From the NCBI GenBank assembly GCA_965644265.1, contig OZ286463.1:56916001-56980000 (forward strand): a DNA stretch of 64,000 nt. The letters are read 5' to 3'. This document shows positions 13,774 through 27,300 of this stretch, piece after piece. Each line of letters opens with the position of its first letter. Position 1 is the stretch's first letter. Below the pieces are notes generated by a model, which was given only the letters and a program-made list of their open reading frames with translations, did no database searches and had not been told where the DNA came from. This DNA comes from Glycera tridactyla (Eukaryota). The position numbers and the translations under genes were made by a program.

Positions 13774-13911
13774 CTGATTATACATCTCGGAGGGTGCATT
13801 CAGTGGACTCTCATCTGTAACCATTTCCTCCTCCGCCTCATTCTTGCCTTCAGGCTCCGTTAAATCCAACTGAATGTCATTTTTGCCTACATTATTATCA
13901 GTGTCCTCCAT
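13774..13911 (-). CDS. ANO: Candidate alternative first coding exon of the anoctamin gene: MEDTDNNVGKNDIQLDLTEPEGKNEAEEEMVTDESPLNAPSEMYNQ
   Basis: ATG in aagATGG context with an in-frame TAA six codons upstream; open acidic frame; strong phase-0 donor CAG|GTAAAG compatible with the 11739 acceptor. A strong upstream acceptor (catatttctgcAG, exon start 14029) and a donor AAG|GTGAGC at 14265 suggest 5'UTR splicing. Confidence 0.62.
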
Positions 13912-14425
13912 CTTGATTTCACGATGTTATAATAATCCACAGTCACGATGATAAGTTGAAGAATATCCAGAAAGTTCTACGGAAAATCCAGGCTCTACAT
14001 CAATATGTCATGTACTATCAGAAATCCTCCTGCAGAAATATGTGAAATTCGCTATGAACAATCAGGGAAGAGTGACTAATAATCGAGAAATATACCAAGG
14101 TACTGACATTGAAAATATATTGTATCCACCTTTCTGATGGCCAGGTATATTTCTGATTCACGTGCCCCCTTCAAAATTCGATCTGCCCCCCTTTTCTGTT
14201 CATTGTATCAATCATCATTTTAGTCCATCTCCGGGGCAGGTGAATATAAAATCAACCTGCTCACCTTAGGAATCTACCAGTCCTGTGCAGGTGGGAAGCT
14301 GATCTCCTCATGACCTGTATACACTCACTAGCACTAGAAAATTCCAAGAGTCAAATCTAAATTTTGGTGCCAATAAACGGTGATTAATTGAAAATTTGTG
14401 AAGTTTCAGAAGCCAGCTGGCTATT

Positions 14426-14765
14426 AACTGAAACCTGTGACAAAAGACCCCCTGACGAGAGACCACCTCTGATGGGAGACCCTTTTTTATGGGTAACTTC
14501 CCCAATTCAACATATTCAAATATACAGTCAAACCTGTCTATAAAGACCACCTTTGATCGCATAAAAAAAGTGGTCTTTATGGGCAGGTGGTTTTTATAGA
14601 GAGGTCATTTACTGTTGAAAATACTACCACGGTTGCAGCTCAGGGTGGCCTTCATTGAGAGGTGGTCTCGAGAGCAGGTGTGACTACCTCCAATGAGAGA
14701 CCACCTCTTTCAGGGTATCACTTTTAGCTGACATCTAAGGTGGCCTCTCATCACAGGTTTCACTG
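14426..14765 (+). mobile_element. Family A MITE split at its central TA by a family B MITE (14525-14685)
   Basis: A left arm ...ttcaaata|TA, B copy CAGTCAAACC...CAGGTGTGACT, then the A right arm cctccaatgagagaccacct...CAGGTTTCACTG|ta. Confidence 0.85.
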
Positions 14766-15859
14766 TACATGTATAAGGAACTCCCTCCCCCTCGATGTCC
14801 TTGACCTTGTAGAAAAGTATCCCCCATCTCCCACAGAGCAATACAATGCAACACACTACATAGTACATACAGTACATAAGACCTTGTCTAAACTAACTCA
14901 GAATGCCCTCCAGTGCCCCTTCTCTTCTTCGTAACCATTCACCTATGACCAACAATTTGTGTAAGGTCTAGCATGCAGCCGATGCCAACTTTCAACAACA
15001 GCAGTGACCTCCAGGGGTGCAAATACTTCTAGCGTGCACACATCAACACACAATGATGAAATAGGAAGTGGCAAAAGGTGGTTAAACCATCACTAGCTGT
15101 GAAGCTCGAAAGTTCAGCTGGTTTTCCAAAACTGTATAGATATGATGCCAGCATATGCCAGAAATACTTTATAGGATAGTTGAAAGACACAATGGGCTTT
15201 GACCCACGGCAATGCCCTTGCCAAAACAGTATCCGAGTCAGAATCCAATTTCTGAGATGTGGTCTGAGGGTTTCTAATAACAATCTTTCAAGATATGCAA
15301 CCCCTATGGGGTCACCCCTGGAATAATTGGTTGTCCATTTGAATACCCTATAAGCAGGCTATGTCACCTGCAACATGAGAGATCTGCTAAGTGCAATGAG
15401 TAAGTTGTCAACAGGCTTTGGGTCAATCCGCAGGTGACGAGACAAACCAGTGTACTCATACCTGATCTGATGGTATGTAAGTCAGAGCAAGTGTCAGTCA
15501 GTCAGTCAGTCAGTACAAACACCTTATATCATTATAGAGACTGGTACAGAGGAAGGTCACTGACAACAACATGCTGACCTGTTACAAGTCCCTCACTGAC
15601 AAACAGTCAGTCATTCCTCGTTAGTAGAAAAAGCCAGTGACATGATGCACAGGCAACAGGTCCATGAATTGTGCCAAATGCCCAATTTTGGGGTTTAATA
15701 CAGGTTTGAACACACGACCCCTGAGTAAGCCCCCCCCCCCCCCCCCCCTCCCACACACACACATTGTTGAAGAAGTACATTGAAAGATGGGGCATTGAGA
15801 CTCAGAATGACATTTTGGACAGCCAACAAACATGCATCTGATTTGGGCTGGTGCATATA

Positions 15860-16036
15860 CAGTGAAACCTGCTCGAGTGTAAACCTGCGCTAGGCAAAAT
15901 CCTGTCTTAAGCACATACCCTACGGTCTGCCCGGATGTTTTTTTCTCACTATAATTGTCCTGCGCTAAGCAAAATCCTGTCTTAAGTGAAAGAAAAATTT
16001 GGTCCCGTGACTTTTCACTTAAGACAGGTTTCACTG
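15860..16036 (+). mobile_element. Family C MITE (young)
   Basis: ta|CAGTGAAACCTG...CAGGTTTCACTG|ta; repeated gcaaaatcctgtcttaag; about 95% identical to 34119-34294. Confidence 0.92.
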
Positions 16037-16276
16037 TAAATCAAGGCTACAGCTGAACCTGCCCCAAAGACCACCTGCTTACAAAGACCCTCCTACAAAG
16101 TACCTCCGAAGACCACTTTCCTACAAAAGGCACTCTCACATGAAGTCTCTCAAAACTATTTCCCACCATAAACCACCCTCCTAGAAAAGTTGGTTGGTTG
16201 GTTGGTTATCATCTCATTAGCAGCACCTTGGCTAGATTGAGATGCCAAAGCAAAGGGCATGGGTGCGATCACTCAC

Positions 16277-16324
16277 AACCCAGGCCCCTCCCTCCTGAGT
16301 TCCCAATGGAAGGTCAAAATTCAT
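16277..16324 (-). CDS. Weak candidate short alternative N-terminal exon (MNFDLPLGTQEGGAWV)
   Basis: Phase-0 donor GTT|GTGAGT and an upstream acceptor (tatttgtAG, exon start 16355). No homology support. Confidence 0.22.
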
Positions 16325-17781
16325 GAAATTCACAAGACTTTGATACAGATCAAGTCTACAAATACTAATGCTTGATATGACCCAGGATGGTATTCGCAGA
16401 CAGGATTGACTGTGTTTGTCCATTACATGGTTCTCCCTAGAGCATGAATAATGCATAGAAGCATTCATGACTGAAATATTTCAGCAAACTGTACGACTAT
16501 CGGCATGATTAGATAAAGTTCATGCAAATACTAGACCCACCTGTAGGGTACACATTTTTATCTGGGATCAGAAAATCTATGTTTATTTGGAGTCAACAGA
16601 CCTTTTTATTGCATTTGTATGCAAACATATTTGCTTTCCTCAACAGGGGATTTCACACTATCCTCGAGCCTCCCCTCTTGAGAGGTAGACATATAAGATT
16701 CTATTTACAACACCTGAAGGGCATCACAAAAACCTGTCCACTTCCTCAACAGTATCCACAAACTGAATTTTGTGTTGAAAGAACCGGACTGCCTGCATTA
16801 GTGATAACCATTTGCCACTTAGTCAATGGCTAAAGCTGATCTTATCTGGCTAAAGAGACTTCAGCAAAACTAGCTAAAGGAGATATCCTCCCATAAAGCT
16901 AATGAAGTCACAATCAATTTGTTTCATATATGATTGGAGGGCAGGGAAATACTGATTTCTCATGCTCAGAACATTGGAATATTTGGAAGTTATGCCGAAT
17001 TTGAAGTACATGAACTATGACAATGATCTTGGCCAACATGTGAGTGATTTAGCTAAAAGTAGAATAGCCAGGTTTGTACTTCATTGCACTCATCAAACTT
17101 GAGGACTTTTCAAGGTCTTTTCAAGGAGTCCTAATTTTCTCAAGAACGATCATGGATGCCAATAAGTGGCAATTTCTTCACACAAAAATCAAAGGAAGAC
17201 ATCTATAGAATTTCTTGAAACCTGACAAAATTTCCTGTAATTAGCCCTGTATGCTCCCCCATAGGATGAGATTTGAAACTTTCAGCCTGATTTAAAAAAA
17301 TTCTGGATTTCGTATTTTGTGACAGTTTTCTGAATTCCGGAAATTTCCTGAAAACTGGTAATACCGTGATATTGACAACTACAAAACTGTAGCATGTGTC
17401 TGGATTTGTTGCCGCACAAAATACAGAATATTCACATTACACTCATCCCCATGCTGGTATATTGTCAGGACAGTGAAATCTAGGTCCTGAATTCATATCA
17501 GACATGTAAAAGGTATGATGTGGGTAGGCTTTGATTGAAGAAATCTACATGTAGTCGGATACCGCGCCACATTTTTCAGCCTCCAATGATGATCACAAAT
17601 GCAGGTGAATCTGCCAGTGTTACCACCATGATGTGCACCGGTGTATCTCGGACCTAGGATTTACACGCTGATCTGTTCGCTTGTCCATCTTTGTACTTGT
17701 GTTTACTCATTCTGACACAAATATGCATCAATGTATGCATTTGCACACTGCTATACACACATTTTCATCTGATCAATAAAG

Positions 17782-18993
17782 AACAAGGCATAAATGCACA
17801 AATGGCACGCATGTGCGCCGCTAATTCATCCAAGCAGCTGAATCTAGCAAGCATAATCTTTTGCTCCAAGCATTCTCAAGTAATTGCAGTAACAAGGTCA
17901 TGACCTGGGAGATGGAGATCAAGGTCACTCACCATTTTATGGGCTTCTTTTGCTTTCAATTGTGCATATATGGTGTAAATCTGGTGAATGTAGCTCCAAG
18001 CGTTATCATGTCATTGGAGTAACAAAGTATTTTTAATGTCAGGTCATGACCTTGAAGGTGATGGATGAGGTCAACCACATTTGATGGGATTATCCCCATT
18101 CATTGGTCCATATCTGGCAGAAATTTGATGGATGTAGCTTGAAGTTTTGAAAGTCAAGGTCATGACCTGAAAGATGAAGGTCAAGGTCACTGACATTTGA
18201 TAGGCTTCTTTTGCTTTCAGTGGTGCATATATGGTGTAAATCTGGTGAATGTAGCTCCAAGCGTTCTCATGTTATTGGAGTAACAAAATATTTTGAATGT
18301 CAAGGTCATGACCTTGAAGGTGAAAGTCGAGGTCAACCACATTCGATGGGATTGTCCCCCATTCATTGGTGCATATCTGGCAAAATTTGATGGATGTAGC
18401 TTGAAGTTTTCAAAGTCAAGGTCATGACCTTGAAAATGAAGGTCAAGGTCACAGGCATTTGATAGGCTCCTTCTGCCCCTGCCATTGCCCCTCTCACTGT
18501 CCTAGCCCATGGCCACTCGCTGCTGCCCCCACCCCCTGCCCTGCCCACCACAGTTTAATCAAGAGATCAGACAGCTCTGCTGATATGTGGAAAGACTCCA
18601 CTTGGTGCAAAGACAGTTATATAACCGAGGACGAAATGTGACAAGGCTCCATTCAGAGGACCGGCAGTGTCATTACATAACAGCCTCGGTAATAGACATC
18701 ATATAGTCCACTCTTTCCTATTCTGCTGGTAGAAAGTTGCTTTAAAATTCAGGATTCAAGCCTGAATAACTCATCTTCCATGAAAGTCATTGGAACAATA
18801 TTGATACCCAGTATTCTGCCGCTCATGATCTTTATGATTGCGAAATTTCAGAAATATTGCTCGATTAGTTACAGAGTAGTAGCTCAAAGAAAAACTTTAA
18901 CCAGGAAGTTTACGCCACACGGCCAAATGGCCGGACAGACGGAATCTGCGCCATTACATAGACACGCATTTTGCTCCGCATGTGTGCCAAAAA
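17782..18993 (+). mobile_element. HINE/pearl-like (Helentron-associated) element with tandem core repeats
   Basis: AACAAG start; subterminal inverted pair TGGCACGCATG (17803) / CATGTGTGCCA (18979); ~261-bp tandem core with AAGGTCAAGGTCA motifs; ggccggacagacgg segment and 3' hairpin followed by an A-run. Confidence 0.65.
17942..18470 (+). repeat. Two ~261-bp tandem units (each an imperfect dimer) inside the HINE-like element
   Basis: ggct(t/c)c recurs at 17942, 18203 and 18465. Confidence 0.85.
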
Positions 18994-19959
18994 TGTTGCC
19001 AACACATCCCATTCATGACTGACATCAGGAACAGCTGAGGCAGTGTCCGACAGATCATCAAATCCTCAACTGCCTCATCAAATCCTCAACTGCCTATATT
19101 CTGACTTTTGCGCCCAACAATTTTCTGATGTTCTCCCTCTTTCTCATATTTGTAACTCACATTTTTATCTGATTACGGTCACGTCATGTTAGTGCTTGAC
19201 CAGATGCATGGGCAACAGATCCGTGAAGTATATCAAAATGCACAAGCCCAATTCTTGTTTCCTCATAGCGGTTGAACCAACAATCTTTGAGTAAGGCACC
19301 CATCACCAGCAACATAGATGATTNNNNNNNNNNNNNNNNNNNNNNNNNNNNNNNNNNNNNNNNNNNNNNNNNNNNNNNNNNNNNNNNNNNNNNNNNNNNN
19401 NNNNNNNNNNNNNNNNNNNNNNNNNNNNNNNNNNNNNNNNNNNNNNNNNNNNNNNNNNNNNNNNNNNNNNNNNNNNNNNNATCTGCAGATATACATACAT
19501 GCACACATACACATTGCATGTACACACCACAAACACTTACAAACACTCACTCTCTCTCTCTCACATACACACACACACATGCATTCATGCATGCATGATT
19601 CCTCTACATATTCTGAGAGCTGTTATAGTACAGGCACTACCTTTGAACAACCCATACATTAGCCATCAACTATTCCTACTGATAAAGCACTGAACTACAA
19701 ATAATCCATTTATAAAATCACCGATACTTCCAATGACGTTAGCATCACTACCCTATGAAGACAATGGCTGAAATACCTTCTCAAAAGATCCCATCTCAAG
19801 AAAAAGGTTTCTACAGAAACCAGATTTGAAACATATATCCAAGGATGAGAATGGAGAGATGCTCAGGTAACAAGTTTGCCCCACATCAACAAATGATGCA
19901 CATCCAAGGAGGAGAGAGGATGGGATCTGAGTGCAATCAACAACAAGAGATGCTGCTAC

Positions 19960-20023
19960 CCCTCCCAATCAGGGTCGAGTCGATCAAGCGTGTTGAGTCG
20001 GTCGACCGTATCGTGAGGGTGTC
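19960..20023 (-). CDS. Weak candidate internal exon (DTLTIRSTDSTRLIDSTLIGR, phase 0-1)
   Basis: CpG-rich patch with a ctcAG acceptor but a weak GTAGCA donor. Phases would link 42492 to an internal acceptor at 13886. Confidence 0.18.
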
Positions 20024-20784
20024 CTGAGCTCTAATCAAGTATGATGATGCAGGTAACACTTGAATAATAGACAAGGTCAATCAGTGACCCAAATTAGCTC
20101 TTCCCTTTTTAGGTCCAGAAATAATCCTCCAAGGTAAATGCTCAACACCTATGGCTGGGTCAGCCAAATGTCAACCTCTCCACCTCTCCGTCTCTCTGAT
20201 ATTATTTGTTGGTTATGAGTAGCCGATCCCGAGTGTTTACTGATAACTTGATTGCGACCTTGCATGGGCCCTCTCCAGTCACCTATAGTATGCATGACTC
20301 ACACAGGAACAATCCACCTGAGATCAAGGTGGGGTCAATGAAAATTTGTAATGGTCGACTACAATGATGTCAATGGGGTGAAGCTGAAATTTTGGAAATA
20401 TGTTTAGATTTTCTGAAAGTATCCCTACATATCCTTGAAAGTATCAGCCTCTGATGAGAGCCCACCACTTTTGAGAGACCACATACGGTGACAGCCAGAA
20501 TGGTATCTCATTGCAAGTTTCATTGTATATGTAGAAAACCACTCAATGTCACCGAAAATTAGACTACAACAGGTGTTCTCTCATCGGAAGAATACTCGAC
20601 TATTACAAATATTACAGGGGATCTGATATAGTGGTCTCTAAAAACAGGTGCTGTATCATCAAGAGTTTTTTTGGCCTAAGTTCCACTGCAGTCTCAGGCC
20701 CTTTGTAATCATAAATCACAACAGGCTAACAAGTGAACAAGCACCCGGATTCTACCTGTAGCAGAAATGTCAACAGAATAACAA

Positions 20785-20975
20785 GTGTTTGTTTGTTTGA
20801 GGTTTAACGGCATATATCATCCTGCCGGATTACCTCTCCCCTGCAGACATCACTCTCACAAACCCTGAACACGAGATGATGGGGAACCTGAAAGGTTGTC
20901 AAGTGGAGGTAGCTGACAGTTCAGACACACCTCTAACTACACAGCATGAACATAAAGAACCTGACAATGGAATAA
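20785..20975 (-). mobile_element. SINE/LINE-like 3' fragment with (CAAA)n tail; same family at 21930-22090 (+), 26030-26135 (+), 34640-34815 (-) and 21443-21535
   Basis: Shared core cactctcacaaaccc.gaacac...atgatgggg.acctg with a terminal short-tandem tail (caaa/caat/caac). Confidence 0.6.
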
Positions 20976-21273
20976 CTAGTGAACAAGCACCTTGATTCTA
21001 CCTGTAGTACAAATCAAGTCAGAGCTGCCCCAGGTGCTGTTATCATGATGGGATGATTTGGAGCCGGCTGAGCCGCCTGGTCATAAGTCCAGTGTCAACA
21101 TGATAACCCTCGACATGGACCTGACCCAGATGTTCCATCGCACCTGCCAACTCTCCATTCTCTGATATTTCAATAGAATAAATATCTATCTAATCTGTGG
21201 CTCTATGATGTGTGTGTGGGTAACATTACCAAGGTTTGACTCATAATGTAATTCATCTTGACCTTCTCCTGTA

Positions 21274-21428
21274 CAGTGGAACCTGCGACCACAGACTACC
21301 CCAAATGTCACCGAAAGGTGGTCTCTCCTCAGAGGTGGTCTCTCCTCAGAGGTATTTGACCGTCTCCAGTACAGCGAAACCTGTGACCACAAACTGCCCT
21401 AAACGTCACTGAAAGGTGGTCTCTCAAA
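21274..21428 (-). mobile_element. Two tandem partial family A arms with an internal 17-bp duplication
   Basis: ta|CAGTGGAACCTG and ta|CAGCGAAACCTG starts; ggtggtctctcctcaga occurs twice. Confidence 0.7.
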
Positions 21429-22737
21429 AAACAAACACAAGATAATGGGGAACGTGGAAGGTTATTATCAAGTTGAAGTAGCTGACAGTTCAGACACACC
21501 TCTAACTCCTCAACATGAAGATAATGAACCTAACTACATTTTCAGTCGAATAGAAGACATCAATAGATGATTACAATTTCATTTGAAGTGGATTCTTAAT
21601 GAATACAAAGTGATCTGTTTATCGCCACCTGAATGATAAGCTAATTCAACTCTCAAATATTTGCGGCTGATAGAGCAATAGTTGAGGTTGTTCATGCCCA
21701 CACTGTAGTCCGGGCAACATTGACATGAGATCAGGAACTGAATGTACAGTCAAGCCTGTCCATCACGACCATAAGCGTCAAGTCATAAAACAGTTGTGCT
21801 GTGCACTGCTTGAAAGGGAAGGATCAATATCAGGTTTGAGTGTGGACTTCCTGCCAGTTACCGATTAGATATGTCCTTCATGGGATCATCAGTTATGTGT
21901 GTCAGCTATTTTCACTTCACAACTTTTCCGGTTTCTATTAATCTTGTGTTCAGGATGCGTGAGAGTGATGCTCACAGGGGACAGAGGATCCTGCTCTGAT
22001 ATATCAGGAACACATGGCATACATGATCCTTTGGGTTGATACATACCATTAAATTGCAATCAATCGATCAATCAATCAATCAACCAATCACCTCAAATTC
22101 CTAGAGAGTTCAACACAGGTACATGTATTTGCAAGTCGCAGCAGATTTGCATCGAGAATTTCTCAAATTCAGATATTTGTACCATTAAATTCTGAAAAGT
22201 GGACATTCCTTCACAGAATATACCAAAGGTGCGTCGGTCAATCTATGAGAGTGCAAACTTCTTGTTGATTTAGGGGGCATCCTAGCCCCTGGTTGCTTTG
22301 AAAAATTGGCTACACGGGATTTGATTCACTAAACACTCCTATACCCCCTATGCATACAACCCTGTCAGATTTATACCATATGTTTGTTTGTTTGTTTGTT
22401 TGTTTGTTTGTTTGTTTGTTTGAGTATAATATCCTTCAAACCACCTTGAGATATATCAGACTGAAAAACTGAAAATGTTGAAGGAATGAGGCGATAGGAC
22501 CTGTGATGGGAGGTTGCTTTCTCAGGGCAGGCTTTCCATGCAACAAAGTCAAACATACCTCTGGTGAGAGATCACATAGAAAAGTAGTGTATTTGTAGAT
22601 GGGTGGCATTTGCATTTGTATTTACGATCGCAGTCAGTATTAGCCTTTTGTATAGAGGTGGTATACAGAGTAGTGTTGGCAATTGGATATTTTTCAAATT
22701 CGATAATCAGTTGGCCCAACTGATCGATGATCGATTA

Positions 22738-23662
22738 CAGTGAAACCTGTCACGAGCGACCCCCGACGAGCGACCACCTCTCTTGAACGACCATTTTTCC
22801 TGCCAAAATACCAAATACCCATAAAATGACCTTTCACGAGTGACCACCTGTCTAACGCGACCAGCGACCGGCCTAAATAGTGCAGATTACCTGTGACGAA
22901 CGACCACTCGAGGCGAATTGGCTTCGTAAAGGGCACTGGAATGGGCGATAATCAGGTCACCGTGTATGAACGAACTACTCACAAAGCCAATTGTCCAGTC
23001 GTTCGTGCCAGCATGTATCTCTCACAAAGAAGCACTCGAGAAGTCGCCATTGCTGCGATAACACCTCTACAGAACGACTTATTCGCGAAATATCCATCGT
23101 TGTTTATTGCGTCGCAAGCAGCAGTCCCACCGATCACGTGACGAAACACACAGGCCCCATAGGAGAAGGAAGAAAAATGCCGAAGTTTATAATAATCTTT
23201 CGTTCTATGAGGATATTTCTTTGCAGATTCAACGTTTCGATTGCAGATTCGTTATTTTTCAAGTTGTTGGCGTCCGGGGATACCCCGCATAAATTATGCT
23301 TGATGAGGAGTTCCCTGGAAGAACATGATGGTTTTAGGCAGTTAGTTTGATGCCGCCGAAAGCGCACGAAATTTACTGTTTCTGGCGAACAATAGCGATA
23401 TTTCTTCCTGAAAACACTGGTTTTGTTAAGAATGGAGTCTATATATGACTTATCCATGTGATTTGCGTGTATTTCGCGAAACATTCGTCGATTATCGTTG
23501 TTTATTCAGCGGGAGATCAGTGGGCGATATTGGGAGTATTTTGCATGTTTTCATGTGTTTGAGGCCGGGCCCAGCTGATCGAACCTGCAACGAACGACCA
23601 CCTGTCTCGAACAACCCCTTTTTCGTGCTTTTTAGGGTGGTCGCTCGTCACAGGTTTTACTG
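22738..23662. mobile_element. 925-bp TA-flanked non-autonomous element with family A-type TIRs and a CpG-rich interior
   Basis: ta|CAGTGAAACCTGTCACGAGCGACC ... GGTCGCTCGTCACAGGTTTTACTG|ta; repeated CGACCAC motifs; no recognisable transposase ORF. Confidence 0.9.
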
Positions 23663-24135
23663 TATAATCGGTTTGTGACTTTGGTTCCGTCTTCACCCCT
23701 GCCACCACTACAACTGCTGTTGNNNNNNNNNNNNNNNNNNNNNNNNNNNNNNNNNNNNNNNNNNNNNNNNNNNNNNNNNNNNNNNNNNNNNNNNNNNNNN
23801 NNNNNNNNNNNNNNNNNNNNNNNNNNNNNNNNNNNNNNNNNNNNNNNNNNNNNNNNNNNNNNNNNNNNNNNNNNNNNNNNNNNNNNNNNNNNNNNNNNNN
23901 NNNNNNNNNNNNNNNNNNNNNNNNNNNCAGTCTTGGAGGGAATAGGGTCTGTTTTTGGTGGGGGTAGTTGGCAGCTTTTTGTCTTTGCAGTAAATCCATC
24001 ACTTCCTTCATGTAAAAGGATGTATTTGCCATTGAGATATATGTGCCAAGCATGTTTTGTGCTCTGATTAAATCAAGTGCATATTCCTACAATCAATCAT
24101 CTATTTTTACCAAAATTGATTGATAATCGAGTATG

Positions 24136-24313
24136 CAGTCGAACCTGCTCTAAAGACCACCTCTCTAAAAAGACCAACTGCCTATAAAGACCACCCTGAG
24201 CTGCAACCGTGATGGGATTTTCAACAGTAAATGAACTCTCTATAAAGACCACCTGCCTCTCGAGACCGCTTTTTGATGCGACCGAAGGCGGTCTTTATAG
24301 ACAGCTTCGACTG
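24136..24313 (+). mobile_element. Family B MITE
   Basis: CAGTCGAACCTG...CAGCTTCGACTG|ta; 178 bp, collinear with 5344-5521. Confidence 0.9.
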
Positions 24314-27300
24314 TACTTGATAATCCTGACACAACTAATAAAGAGCAGGTTCAATTGTACACTCATGCCGGATTAGACCACAGGGAAGACGAGGTATATT
24401 TAGACAGAGTATAGAGCCCATTTATAGCCAGTAATCTTCTCTGGACTGACCATTCACCTACATATGGTAGGCTGAACTCCGACAATACTAGCTACTCTCT
24501 CAGGAAAATAAAGTCAAGCTAACTAAGATGTAAGCATACTGAGCAGGACAAATGCCAAGTTCAAGCACTAGGCATTCACAATCTCATTCCAAGCCATGAT
24601 TAGCCATTCTTAGTGCATGATTTGAGCTACTGAATGACCCTAAAAATCAATACCCAGAATTGAAATGCAAAATTATACTCTCTCTAATGGCATGGCATGG
24701 GATGCATACATACAATTTTCTCATGAACTTGCTCCAAGCACACACATTTTTCATGTCACGTTAATTCATGCTTAGGACAAGTTTGACAGATTGTATGTGA
24801 ATGAAGGTAAGGCATAGGAGAATGGAGAAAATTCTTCACCAAGTCACAAGTGATCAAGTCAAACAACCACCCTCGCTCTGTGTTTCTGGTGTCACCACTT
24901 GTAGATAAGTATCTTCACAGATCAGGATTCAAGAGCGACATATTGCTTGTGATAAATAGCAGTTTGACTATATAAAGAGAGTTGGCAAATATGATAGTGA
25001 GGATGGTCAATATTACTATGTACATAGGACTATCAGGCTGGTGACTGTGGCACATTCTGTTGAGGGTGGGGCAGGAAAGGAGAGGAGAGGAAAAAAGAGG
25101 NNNNNNNNNNNNNNNNNNNNNNNNNNNNNNNNNNNNNNNNNNNNNNNNNNNNNNNNNNNNNNNNNNNNNNNNNNNNNNNNNNNNNNNNNNNNNNNNNNNN
25201 NNNNNNNNNNNNNNNNNNNNNNNNNNNNNNNNNNNNNNNNNNNNNNNNNNNNNNNNNNNNNNNNNNNNNNNNNNNNNNNNNNNNNNNNNNNNNNNNCCAG
25301 TGAGCTCATGAAAGGTACACCATGTCGTAAAGGAGCTGTATTACTAGAAATCCCTCCAGAACACATATTAGCCTGGCAGATAAATGTTACCATGCCTCAC
25401 GTATAATCCTTGAGTCCTTTTCTCAATTATATTCCCAGCTGAACAATATATGTATTGGAAATAGCTCAGAACTCCTACAAGAGCCTCACTCCATGCAGTA
25501 CCATCCAGAAATAGATGCTTCATCAGTGGCTCAATCAATAAGAGAGGCACTCATTCCAGCAATATGCCTCATTCATATCCAGAGTTATCAACGAGAACCA
25601 GCATCACAATCCTCCATCAGAGTGATGTATGGCAGGGCTCCATCCACAATGGCAGGGATCATAATACTGACTCGATTGTCACCAGCATATAAACTGAATT
25701 ATGCACGAATACAGCAGAACTTGTTGCTATAGAGACGGGGAGATCAGCTACAGGCAAATACAGCTGATCCAAGAGTGTAACTCTCCAGGTACTGACTGTG
25801 TACTCATCTGGGTACAAACATGTCTTGTATGAGTGCATGATGATCCATGACTCCACAATGTGCTCATGCATGACACCGGCATTATAATCCATGGACATTG
25901 CCAGGCGTTATGGTTGATTGAATGATTGATTGATTGATTGGATATTTGGTTGGTTGGTTGGAGGGTTCAAGGCAAGTATCAACCTGGAGGAATATGTTTG
26001 CTGTGTGTAGCTGATCTATAAGCTGGTTCCACATTAATTTGTGTTCAAGGTCTGTGAGAGTGATGCCTGCAGAGGACAGATCATCCTCTGGTGCATCCCT
26101 GCTGATAAGATGTAGAACTCCACTGAATCAATCCATGAAATAAAGCAGTTTCACATGGAATGCCTGAGGTCGCACGCTGACAGCAGATTGTTTTCAAAAT
26201 GAATACAAACAGAATCCATCCAATCATCCACACAGGGGACTACACCCAAACTGAAGCCACCATGGCAAAATATATACATATAGCACAAAACATATGGAAT
26301 AAATATACAGAATTCATACCACACCCAGATGCCAGACATATATTCATCCTGCTAAGTGTCTGACTCAACACTAATACTTGTCAACTAATAAGTACAAAGA
26401 CGGATGTTGATTGAGTCAATCAGTTTGTAGGGGTTAAATAGCAGTGTGACTATGAAGGGGGGGGGGGGGGTACAGTGGGCAAATATGATGGTGAGGTGTG
26501 AACGACATTCTTAAGTGTACACAAGGCAGTGATACTAGTAACAACAGGGGTGGCAAGGNNNNNNNNNNNNNNNNNNNNNNNNNNNNNNNNNNNNNNNNNN
26601 NNNNNNNNNNNNNNNNNNNNNNNNNNNNNNNNNNNNNNNNNNNNNNNNNNNNNNNNNNNNNNNNNNNNNNNNNNNNNNNNNNNNNNNNNNNNNNNNNNNN
26701 NNNNNNNNNNNNNNNNNNNNNNNNNNNNNNNNNNNNNNNNNNNNNNNNNNNNNNNNNNNNNNNNNNNNNNNNNNNNNNNNNNNNNNNNNNNNNNNNNNNN
26801 NNNNNNNNNNNNNNNNNNNNNNNNNNNNNNNNNNNNNGAGGAATGAATGAACCAACAAAAATGTGGATGCACCAATGACTGGAAAGATATGTGGGCAGGA
26901 AAGGATGCTGATGTATGTATCATATTCAGTGGCCTCCAGCCTAACATCTAACATCTCACATTTACATGATAAAGGGAACATATGTAGGCCAGCATCATTT
27001 CCATCACCAAGCAAGCCAAAACCAAGATGAATAAGGTGAACTCAAACATGTGAGAAGAGCAGAGATGCAGACCTTTGATGAATAAAATGTTTAGGAGTAA
27101 TGGCAGTGTTCACAATTATCAAATGAGAAGAGTGAGGATATCTTGGAGTAATGTTCTAGGAAAATTGCCAAAATTTTGGCCTGAAAAGAGTAATCAAATA
27201 CTCCCAAATCGTAATGGTTGTCTTCTCTGCAAGAGGCAGAACGCAGAAGCTGTGGTGAGTGACCCACGAGTCTTACTGCAGGTGAACCAGCCCTAGTGGA

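Noticed and set aside
15621-16034. ORFs starting MKPVLSEKSRDQ / TVKPVL (also 60123-60341, 40362-40619, 43177-43473, 46047-46406)
   Set aside because: They recur because they are read through MITE TIRs; no transposase motifs.
22893-23484. Several 60-120-aa ORFs inside the 925-bp element
   Set aside because: No HTH or DDE motif recognisable in any frame.
25400-25900. Possible decayed retroelement coding fragment (a CTGATGAAGCATC string on the minus strand near 25510)
   Set aside because: No RT, APE or GIY-YIG motif could be read in any frame.
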